DNA from: Azolla caroliniana
Lineage: Eukaryota; Plantae; Polypodiophyta
Assembly: GCA_043228905.1 (NCBI GenBank)
Contig: JBHGNT010000004.1
Location: forward strand, 5,332,001-5,396,000
Length of the DNA: 64,000 bases
Reading direction: 5' to 3'
The position numbers and the translations under genes were made by a program. The notes under the pieces are model-generated. The model ran no database searches and was not told the origin of the DNA. It saw nothing but the letters and a program-made list of their open reading frames with translations. This document shows, piece after piece, positions 22,030 through 32,810 of this stretch. Position 1 is the stretch's first letter, and each line of letters opens with the position of its first letter.

Positions 22030-25000
22030 GTTCGGTCACACCGTTATACTCTAGCATGTATCTACAAGAAAACTCTCGACGGACTCTCTTGGATTGTAGA
22101 TAACTCGTGAACTAGCCAGAAAAGTACTCTTTCCCACCATTCGATCTCAGACACTTGATCTTTCTTACGGTTTCTCATTCGACATGACTCGTTAAGTCCT
22201 GGATGCACGCGAAGACTGCACTCTTCTTCTCGATTAAATAGATCCAAGTGTGTTGGCTGAAGTTGTCAATGAAGGAGACAAAATATCAACTCCCGCTAAT
22301 GCTCGCATTTTGTGCCGGTCCCCCCACATCCAAAAGGATAACATCGAACCGGTTCCGGCTCTGATTCTTCTCATTGGGGATCAGAAGCCTATGCTGCTTT
22401 CCAAGCTGGCAAGCTTCACAAATTTGGCCCTTCTGGCCACTAAACTTCGGTAGTCTAGAGACCACATGTTTCAATTGCATCTCCTGAAGTTTCCAGAAGT
22501 TGATGTGGCCGATCCACTTATACCATAGGTCGATGTGCAACTCAACCCTCTGTCCTTTTGCAAACATAGTCGTGCCGACATCATTGATTTTGATGATGAA
22601 CATTCTTCCATCCCGACATCCTTGCGCTATTATCTGGCCTCCCTCCTCAATAAAGCACCCGTGATGAGTGAATCAGACCAGCATTCCTTGATCCATGATC
22701 TGGCCGATTGACACCAAGTTCTTGGTGAATGTCGAACATGCATGACGCTTCTCATAATTCCTCTTAGACCGACATGGCACAAAGAGACATCTCCGATATG
22801 CTCGATGGGATGTGGGGTGTCGTCTCCGGTTTTGACCACCCCTGGATTCTCCGGCTTCTCAAGAAAGGAGAACCACTCTTTGCGGTTCGTCATATGATTG
22901 GAAGCTCCGGAGTCCACACACCACACCTCTTCTGACCTTGAGGTGGATACTCCCATCCAGTTGGCCTCATGCTTCATTACGAGGGACTGTCTTGATCCAG
23001 CTTTCTTTGAGCCTTCATCGAAGTGCGATTGGTGACGCCTATCTATGTCTCTCTGGCTCGATCTGGCTTTGTCTAAATCGGCCCTTTTTTTCCAGCATTC
23101 GCTTTCTCTGTGGCCCTTATTGGCACATTCCAACAATCTGTTGCGGCCTTCTCTTGCCATCTCCCGGTGCCACCTTGACTCCTCCTGCTTGTGGAGGATC
23201 CGATACTGTTGTCGACACCATCCTTATGCCTTTGAGTTTGCTCTTGTCGGCCGCCTCCATTGCATGCTGACCCGCCTTGTCCGCAGCGACCATGGGGCCT
23301 CTCCGCCTCCGTGTACAACATCTTGATGTCGGTGTGCGTACTCGTCGATGCACCCGCATGGTTCTTGTGAATGTTAATGTGCGGAAGCGTTAGACAAAAC
23401 CGGCTCAACCGGATAGCAACAGAAAAATGAGATGAAGGTTTAATGGAGAAGCTTCAAACACAGAGGAGACAAAGGAGAAAGAGAGAGCAGAACATAAAAC
23501 TATATTCAAAAATTAACTCTAAAACTCTGTACATACAACGTGCTAAACAACACTATTTATACAAGTCCATAAAGGACTAACAAAAGTGCTGACAAGTACT
23601 TCAATGCTCACACATGCGGTTGACACTAACTACGAGACAATGATTACCTAGTAGTCTAGGCTCCTACTAGGCTTCTGGTTCCCGCTCGAATCCAGCTCTT
23701 CAATCCGGCCAGTTGTTTCCGGATACCATCCGACTCATCCTTCTAGATGCCGATTTGGCTCAGGCTTATTCAGCCGATCCGGATCTGGTTGAACTTGCTT
23801 GCTCAACACTCCCCCTCAACCTCAACTTGAGGTCGGATCGTGGTGTTAGTGTCCACGACAGCCGGTTCTTCTACCCGGCTCCTTCTGGCGTTGCTCCACC
23901 TCGCTCGTGTTCCCCATCCGGTCTGGTCTTGGTTGTCGCGACCCTTCTGGTTCTGTGCACCTGGACCCCTTGGTCGGCTTGTCTGTTCAACATGCCCATT
24001 TCAACTCCCTCGCTGTTGTGACTCTGGCACTTGTCGACCCGTCGGTTCCTTCGTGTTGGCATCGACTTCCGCTGCGTCCGTGTCCGCTTGGCCTTTAGTT
24101 GATCTGGCTTCTCGAAATCTTGAACTGAATCGGTTTCCTTCGATTTGTTCCAGCTCTTGTCTGAGTTGGTGTTCTCCAACTCGTATTCTGGTTTCAAGCC
24201 CTTCACCACACCGGACCACGTCCGGGTCTTGGCCGTTTTCTTTCGGTTGGCTCTGTCCTTCTGGACTCTACCGCCGCTGCCCCTTGTTCCGACCTTTTCA
24301 GATGTGCCGACTACTTCGGTCGGCTCGACTTCCTTTTTCCTCTTGTCTCCCCCTTTGTTGGTTCTTTCTTCCTCTTCAGCTCCTTGTCTGATGCCATCCG
24401 TTCCCATTCCTTTTCCCCCCCTCAAGTGCGGCGAGCGGTTTGGTAAAGATATCGGCAATTTGCCGATCCGTTTGGACATACCGAAGTTCTACTTCACCGC
24501 TCAAAACCCGCTCATGCACAAAGTGATAGTGGACTTCTATGTGCTTCTTCTGAGCATGGAACACGGTGTTATTGGCGAGCTGAATGCTGCTCACGTTGTC
24601 ACAATAGAGCAGGATCGGGGCCGGTACCTCAATCCCCAGGTTTTGCAGTAGTCGCCGAAGCCAGATGGCTTCACAGGTGGCATTGGTAGCACCCCGGTAT
24701 TTAGCCTCAGTGCTCGACAGAGCCACTGTTGGCTGCTTTTTGCTGCTCCACGCAACAGCCGCGCTACCCGGAGAAAACATGTAACCGGAGCTGGATCGGC
24801 GATCCGATGCATCACCGGCCCAGTCGGCATCTCTATATCCAACTAGTTCTTCGGTTATACCATGCTGGTATAACCGTCCCCGGTCCTTCGTGCCTCTCAC
24901 ATACCGGAGTATCCGATGTGCACACTGAAGGTGCTCGACGGTCGGCTTGTGCATGAACAGGTTGATCACTCCGACCGGGTAATTGAGGTCGGGTCGAGTG

Positions 25001-28000
25001 ATTGTCAAGTATATTAGGCTTCCGACGATTTGTCAGAACCGTTGCTCATCGTAAGCCGGTTCAGAGTCGAGACAAAGCTTCTGGTTCCGGTCTAGGGGTG
25101 TGGAGACAAGTCGGCACTCCGTCATACCGAACTTGTATAACATACTCAACACATAGTGTCGTTGTGAGAGCAATATGCTGTCGGGGGTTCGGATCACCTC
25201 GATCCCAAGAAAATAATGAAGGCCCTCCAGGTCCTTCATTTCAAATGCGTCTAACAGTTGGGACTTTACTCGGCCAATTTCATTGAGTTGGGGTCTGGTG
25301 ATGACTAAATCATCAACATAAAGTAGGATGCAAACTGGACCGTCTGGACCTTGCCGGATGAACAACGACGAGTCGGATTTAGAGGTCACAAACCCCATCT
25401 TACGCAACCGGTGCGTGATCTTCGCATTCCAAGCTCGGGGGGCTTGTTTCAGACCGTAAAGCGACTTCTTAAGCCGGCACACCACCGACTTGTTCAACTC
25501 TGACTGAAAACCGGGAGCTTGGATCATATAGACCCGCTCTTCAAGGTCACCTTGAAGAAACACATTCTTCACGTTCATCTGGTGAAGATGCCACCCCCTT
25601 GCCGCAGCAACCGCCAGTACCACGCGAACCGTCGTCATCTTCGCTACCGGGGTGAAGGTCTTGTCGTAATCGATTCCTTGGGTCTATGCATATCCCTTCG
25701 CCACTAACCGGGCCTTGTACTAGTTAACTGAACCATCAACATTGTACTTTACCTTGTACACCCATTTGCAACTGATCAGTTTATAGTGTCGGGGAGGGTC
25801 AACGAGGTCCCGTGTGTCCTTGGCATCTAGTGTCTGCATTTCTTCCTCCATAGCGGCACGCCAATTTGCGTCCTTCGCCGCTTCTGCGTAGCTCTCGGAC
25901 TCACGCACTTCCACCACCTTAGTCATGAACGCATAATGATGCACCATGTACTCATTGTACCCGTACCGCGTAACGGGGTTCTTCAGGCGGGAAGACCGAC
26001 GTAACTTGGTATTACCCGATTTGGGGCCCTTCTTGGCCAGGTCGGACTTCGTTTCGGAAGATCCGCCTTCATCCTTTCTGGAGTCGGATACGCTCTGATC
26101 CGACTCAATGTTGCCAGTTTCGTATTCTGGGATCTTTTTCTTCCCCTTCTCTTTGCACGTTAACCGTCTCCTCGGTTCCTTGCGCGGGTAGAGCACGACA
26201 GAGTCTCCACTACTCGTCGGTTCCTCATCCAATTGGTCATCTCGACTCAGCCGTTCATTCGGTCCACTTAGCCGGAATGAGAGCGGACTCTCTTCTAGAG
26301 TGCCGAAGTCTTCATCTTCTACCTGGACCTCCTCGGGCTCACTAGCCTCATCTTCCGGAATCGGGTCTTCGTCGGGAGTTGGAATCGGTAAGGAGTACCA
26401 TGATGCCATCTCATCAAAGTCAACATCTCGGCTTACTTGGACCTGCTTAGTCCGGGGGTTATAGCACTTATACCCCTTTTGCTCATCTGCTTTATCTTGG
26501 TGGTGTAGTCCGTAACCGACATGTCTCTTTGCCGGATGTTGTTCAACTCTTGCCGGAGCTGCAACATACGAGTTGTGGTACTTGTGGCGAAAATCTTCCG
26601 TAGATTTTCCCAGGTCTCCTTCGGCGTCTTTGCATCCTTGCATCCTTGATGTAGCTGAGCATTTGATCATGCATACCGTACGCGAGACAACATAGTACCC
26701 AACTCGTTCCTTGCTCCCATACTGGGAAGTCTTTGTGTAACGGCTCCGGTGCTACTTCATTTATTCCTTCCACGAAGCTCCAATATCCATGCCCCAACAG
26801 GTACTGGTGCATTTTATATGACCAGGACGTATAGTTGCTCTAGTCGAGCTTCTCTCTTGGAAGTGAACTCGCCATTCCTCTGTCCATATCTTCTCTCTAT
26901 TTGTTGTTACCGGGTTGTAGGGTTTGTCTACGGAAGCAAATGTCAGCTGCAGAGGTTCTCAACCCTCGCGCTTTGATACCATGTGAATGTCAATGTGCGG
27001 AATCATCAGACAGAACCGGCTCAGCCGGATAGTAACAGAAAAATGAGATGAAGGTTTAATGGAGAAGCTTCAAACACAGAGGAGACAGAGGAGACAGAGA
27101 GAACAGAACATAAAACTATATTCAAAAATTAAGTCTAAAACTCTATACATACAACATGCTAAACAACACTATTTATACAAGTCCATAAAGGACCGACAGA
27201 AGTTCTGACAGGTACTTCAATGCTCACACGTGCGACTGACTCTAGCTACAAGACAATGATTACCTAGTAGTCTAGGCTCCTACTAGGCTTCCGGTTGCCG
27301 CTCGAATCCGGCTCTCCGATTTGGCTCCCCGATCCAGCCGGTTGTTTCCGGATACCGATCCGGCTCATCCTTCCGGATGCCGATCCGGATCCGATTGAGC
27401 TTGCTCCCTCAACAGTTCTCCTTTGCAAGGAGCATCAAGTGTAAGTCAAAAAACGAAGGCGTATTCTCCCTCGTGCAAACCATCGTTTGGAATGCCCCAA
27501 ACATATCTCCTTGATTCGGGTTGTGTAGTCAACCATTGACACGTCTTTCTGCCATACATTGCTCAACTTGTGTTTGAGTTTCAACTTCTGGGCCATGGTG
27601 CTTGCAGCGAAAACCCTTTTCAGGTTCCTCCATGCTTCCTTTGGCATCTTGGCATCTTGGATGTGGGCGAGTAGTTGATTACCAACATTGGATGTGAAAT
27701 AGTAGATTACCTTGTTTGCCGCTTGTTCCCAAGCCGGAAAGTACCTGTGTATCGCATCCGGTGCTGCAACATTAGCTCCGTCAACATAACTCCAGCATCC
27801 ATGTCCAAGCAGGTACTGGTGCATCTTATATGTGACCAAGATGGATAATTGCTTTTTTCGAGCTTCTCCATCGGAAGCGAGCTAGCCATTCCTCTATCCA
27901 TTTCTCTTCTTGTCTGTTCTTTTTGGGTGTTAGGTCTTGGTTTGTGTCGAAAGCTCTTGTCGGTAGTAGAGGATGTTCTAACCCTCGTGCTTTGATACCA

Positions 28001-28393
28001 TGTAAAAGTTACGTGCGGAAGTGTAGACACAACCGGCTCAGCCGGATAGCAACAGAAAACAGAATGAAGGTTTAATGGAAGCTTGAGAATACACAGTACA
28101 CGGGAGAGAGAGAGAGAGCAAACATAAACTCAATTTCAAAAAACACTATAGACTCTGTACATACAAATGTGCATCATAGGACTTTTTATACAAGTCCTTA
28201 AAGGACTCACAAAAGTATTGACAAGTACTTCAATGCTCGTACAGAGTGATTGACACTAACTCCTAAAAATATGCCTACATACTAGGCTAGGATCATAGGC
28301 CTCTAACGGCCTATCAGTTACACTGATCCGGATTATGATTCGGCACTAGCTTACTCAGTTGATCCAGATCATGTTGAGCTTGTCCGCTCAACA
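22030..28393 (-). mobile_element. Ty1/copia element, 5' part (5' LTR 28001-28393, PBS 27989-28000, gag, protease, integrase start), interrupted by the nested copia at 23366-27414
   Basis: gag 27420-27900 resumes at 23360; WCVDSGASNHMT; WYKWIGH..CEACQLGKQHR. Confidence 0.88.
23366..27414 (-). mobile_element. Nested Ty1/copia element with both LTRs, internally deleted (most gag, protease and integrase core missing), TSD GTTCT
   Basis: LTRs 23366-23808 and 26982-27414; GTTCT at 23361-23365 and 27415-27419; PBS 26970-26981; PPT 23809-23819; RT (LLYVDDL) and RNase H (DADWAG..SSKKQ..KHIEVHYHF). Confidence 0.94.
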
Positions 28394-28442
28394 ATTCAAC
28401 CTACAATGTATCAAATTGAATGTTATACAATGATGCGTAGAT

Positions 28443-28510
28443 GGATGTAGCGCAGTTGGTAAGGTTGCCCAATGGAGACCATGAGGTCATGGGGTCAACC
28501 CCTATGACAT
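28443..28510 (+). other. tRNA-derived SINE-like head
   Basis: A-box TAGCGCAGTTGG (28448-28459) and B-box-like GGGTCAACCCC (28492-28502) at tRNA spacing; no intact cloverleaf. Confidence 0.45.
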
Positions 28511-28565
28511 GAACATTCACTTGGAAGGTCCTTCTCAGATCGATATCTGATAGTCGCCACTCCTA

Positions 28566-29009
28566 CGGAACAACAATAAATTAAATGAGGGAGATATTCC
28601 TCTCCGTTCAAAGAGGAATATTGGTCCATGAATGACATTGTTTGATTTGTGGCTCCATTGAGCCATGTGTGACAATAACTCCCTCTCACTACTTGTTGTC
28701 CGCCATAAGAGGACAAACGTAAATAACACATAATAAAGAAGCACATTAATTATAATAGAAGCGTTGAAGTAGTCACTGCTCTTGCGGAACAACAACAGAA
28801 ACAATAGACAATAATAAATTAAATGAGGGAAATGTTCCTCTCCGTTCAAATAGGAATATTGGCCCATGAATGGCATTGTTTGATTTGTGGCTCCATTGAG
28901 CCATGTGCGATAATAACTCCCTCTCACCACTTGTTGTCCGCCATAAGAGGACAAATGTAAATAACGCATAATAAAGAAGTGTATTAATTATAATAGAAGC
29001 GTTGAAGTA
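28566..29009. repeat. Tandem duplication of about 205 bp spanning flank plus the first ~78 bp of an LTR
   Basis: Copies at 28566-28771 and 28785-29009; each contains TGTTGTCCGCC (LTR start) at 28694 and 28932. Confidence 0.9.
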
Positions 29010-29274
29010 ACGCGTGTAACGGTGTCGTGTGAATCTTCTCACATTATGTAAAAAAATAAATAATAAAATAAGTACTTTATATTAGCTTAATGATATGTTA
29101 TAGAAAGATGGATGTTTGAGAAGATAGGGAAAATAGAACTATGATTTATCCCACATAGATAGGAAACTTAAGGCTCTGGCTATATAAGCACCTTGAGATC
29201 CCTCATTTTTTATTTGTGCTAAGAACACTTTGGCCACTTTGTCTTGATGGATGATGGTGGCCAAGTTCCCAAAA

Positions 29275-29540
29275 ATCGGAAACCGGCCGGTAAGCAAAAT
29301 CAAAACCGATCGGTAAGCAAAACTGGAACCGGCCGGTAAGCAAAAGCGAAACCAATCGGTAAGCAAAACTAGAACCGGCCGGTAAGCAAAATCGGAAACT
29401 GGGTGGCAAGCAAAACCGAAACCGACCGGTAAGCAAAACCGGAAACCGACCGGTAAGCAAAACCGGAAACCGATCGGTAAGCAAAACCGAAACCGGCTCG
29501 TAAGCAAAACCCGAAACCGGCCGGTAAGCAAATCGGAACC
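29275..29540. repeat. Minisatellite in LTR, ~20-21-bp unit (AAACCGNCCGGTAAGCAA)
   Basis: Roughly a dozen units; shorter array in the 3' LTR at ~32465-32650. Confidence 0.9.
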
Positions 29541-29819
29541 GGCGATCGGACGAGGTTGGACACAAACCGAACGGATAACAAGATCATGTGGTTATTAAAG
29601 TAAAGTAAAGGGAACTAAAGTAAAGGTCATGTGGACGGTCGCATGCAACTAAAAGAAATAGGCATGCAACTAAAAGAAAAAGCTATGCAACTAAAAGTAG
29701 AGGCCATGCAACAAAAAGTGGACATGCTATGATCAACAGAGAACTCCATATATATTCCATTTTTTTTCCTATACTCATCCTCTCTCCCTTATTTTCTTTT
29801 CCTTCTAAGCTCCCTTATC

Positions 29820-30005
29820 TTATGGAAGAAGCCATAATTCTCATAATTCCTAAATTCCCTACGGAAGCCATAACACTAAAAAACCCTAATTTTCCCTACG
29901 GAAGCCATAACACTCAAAAACCCTAATTTTCCTTACGGAAGCCATAGCACTAAAAAACCTTAATTTTCCCTACGGAAGCCATATCTCTCAAAAAACCCTA
30001 ATTTT
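29820..30005. repeat. ~37-bp tandem repeat in LTR (CCTACGGAAGCCATAACACTAAAAAACCCTAATTTT) containing AAACCCTAA
   Basis: 4-5 copies; also present at ~38330-38475. Confidence 0.85.
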
Positions 30006-30216
30006 TCTTTTCTATTAAACTTAGTAAACCTAAACTTCTGAATCCCAATCTTGGGACATATTGTAATTTCTTTCTATTTGTTAATGAAATTTGTCAATCT
30101 TTCTTATTTCCATTAGTTGTTAAAAATATAAACGCACGAATTTGATATCCTTTGGTCAGAGGCCCCGGGGTTTGGCCTCAAGTTCACGTATCCTCATCAT
30201 ATTTTCGCGACATCTT

Positions 30217-30234
30217 TGGTGAACCCGACGTGAA
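30217..30234 (+). promoter_or_regulatory. PBS complementary to plant tRNA-Trp 3' end
   Basis: TGGTGAACCCGACGTGAA, 4 nt after the LTR; identical at 62889-62906. Confidence 0.85.
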
Positions 30235-30299
30235 ACGAGGCGGTGGGAGGATATCTCATGGAGGCATATAAATACAAAGAGCCGAAGAGATGCAAACTA

Positions 30300-32118
30300 T
30301 ACGAGTTCAATCAATGGGTATCATCATTAAAGACCCACCCAAGTGCCTTGCATGCTTTTGTTGCTCGTTCGAGTGTCTCTTTGCATAACTCTCGGAGCGG
30401 GATCAAAGATTGGTGGGGGTGGAAAAAGTCCTAATGTTTGTGAGGTCCATTGATCGGAAGGAAAGGAAGGCCATTGAATTCTGACTTGAGGATGATGATG
30501 GTGCAAATGGCCTCATCGAGGATTGGATGAAAGTGGAAAGAATATGTCAACTGCACGATAAGAGGAAGACAAGATTCTCATCAGCAACAACACAACCCAT
30601 GATGGATGGTGAAAGGAGGATAGGAAGTAACTACAAACTCCCACCTAAAGAAGAAAACTCGAAGACGGAAGGTTCAACAATACTCGACATAGAAGCCTTA
30701 ATGAGAGAAGCATTAGAGAAATTTAAGGTGCAAGTCGAGGCCAAAGAGAATCTTATAATGGAACCAAAACTGATTAAAATGGTTATCAAGGAAGAAGAGA
30801 CCTCCCAACAAAGGTGGAATCATGATATGACCAATACAAAGGCCCAAGTTCGGTACTACAACACCACGGGAGAAGGTGTGGAACAAGACGTTTTCTCGTC
30901 TTGCAAAGAAATAATGATGAAGATTGAAACAAATGAATCGAGGGTGGCGAATGCCACTTCAAGCGAAGGCAAATGTTTCGGAACACACATCGTGTCTGAA
31001 ACATCAAGTGATGAAGGTGCAAGCATGAGCAAAGCTTGCATGATCAAGGGAGAGAAAAAGTGTGAGGCCAACATGATTGAGGATATAGCCACGAAAAATG
31101 ACATCGAGTTAGAGATGGCTATGAACAAGTCAATGGCGGATGGCCATGTCGAGACTTTCTCCACACTTGTTCCGGAGACTTGGGCAGATGTGTCGGAAAG
31201 CAAATGTGAGACCCAAGAGATGGAAGGTGGTGGCGAGGAAGTGAAGGCCGAAGCTAACGCATGCGAAGAAGAGGGAGACGTGAAGATGAAGAGGGTAGAT
31301 GATGATCATGAAGAGACTTTCCCCACAAAATTTCTTGAGACTTGGGCATTAACCGATGTAAGACCCAAGAGAAGGAAGGTGGCGGTGAGAAAACAAAGAT
31401 CAACACCAACATGAACAACCATAAGGTGGAAGTGGCAAAGAGTAGCACGACAAAGGCAATGCCAAACTACAAAATTCCTCCACACTCGTTTGAGAGACTT
31501 GGGCATTAATCAATGTAAGACCCAACGAAGGACGATGGTGGTGAGGAAGCAAGGGTTAAAGCCAATGTGTGCAACAAGGAAGTAAAGCAAAGCAAAATGA
31601 AGAAAGTTCATGAGTGCGACAAAGAGGTTAAGCAAAGCATGAAGACAAAAGCAAATGTGTGCGACAAAGAGACCAAGGAAACCTCAAAAAGCAAAGATGT
31701 GGGCCAAGTGGGCCAAGTGGGCCAAGCGGATACGAAAGATGTGATCACAAAATCTAACAAGGATAATACTAGCGTAGAAGTCATGGTCAATTCCAACACA
31801 AGAGCATACCAAGAAAGTGGAGAAAGTCAGAAACATGAAATGTGTTCACTTAAGGACCTTGAGATGTGCATGTAGTTGAAGAATGAACCACTAAGAGTAC
31901 TCAACAATAGTATTTCGATAAAGCTTGCGAAAGGCATGCATGGAACAAGAAATAATGATAAGAGAAAATTAGATGACCAAGGAGATGGCCGAGATGAAGG
32001 TGGCACATGCATAAGGAGTGAACCACTATGCTTTAGAGGAGCAAAGAGAGCCATGGCAATCGGTCATGGAAATGCAAAGAGTGAACGAAGAATATGGTGG
32101 ATCGAATGGCAATGGTGA
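30300..32118 (+). pseudogene. Gag-derived region followed by an E/K-rich low-complexity ORF (30527-31414)
   Basis: LMFVRSIDRKERKAIEF*LEDDDGANGLIEDWMKVERIC is homologous to gag at 62929+ (LLFVKSVDERDRE..GLTTDWAAVRKVC); three ETWA-containing repeats. Confidence 0.7.
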
Positions 32119-32810
32119 TTCGGGTACATCAATAAAAAAGTAAAGTAATCAAAAGTGCAACCTCACCAAAATTGGCACATACCGGTGGATGTGCAGGTTT
32201 GGTGGGGGTGAATGTCGTGTGAATCTTCTCACACTATATAAAAAAATAAATAATAAAACAAGTACTTTATATTAGCTTAATGATATGCTATAGAAAGATG
32301 GATGTTTGAGAAGATAGGGAAAATAGAACTATGATTTATCCCACATAGATATGAAACTTAAGGCTCTGGCTATATAAGCACCTTGAGATCCCTCATTTTT
32401 TATTTGTGCTAAGAACACTTTGGCCACTTTGTCTTGATGGATGATGGTGGTCAAGTTCCCAAAAATCGGAAATTGGCTGGTAAGCAAAATTGGAACCGGC
32501 CTGTAAGCAAAACTGAAACTGATCGGTAAGCAAAACCAGAACCGATCGGTAAGCAAAACCAGAACCGATTGGTAAGCAAACCGAAACCGGTTGGTAAGCA
32601 AAACCGGAAATTGGCGGGTAAGCAAAACCCGAAATCGGTCGGTAAGCAAATTGGAATCAGCGGCGGAGCCGGCGAGGCGGTGACAATCAGTGACCGGACG
32701 GAACCGGCGACCGGACGAGGGTGGACGCAAACCGAACGGATAACAAGATCATTTGGTTATTAAAGTAAAGTAAAGGGAACTAAAGTAAAGGTCATGTGGA
32801 CGGTCACATG

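Noticed and set aside
28443-28510. Functional tRNA gene
   Set aside because: Anticodon and acceptor stems do not pair; kept only as a SINE-like head
29139-29587. Repetitive ORFs (FRFCLPVG / FAYRPVS) and a CRISPR-like look
   Set aside because: Translations of the LTR minisatellite; no unique spacers, eukaryotic context
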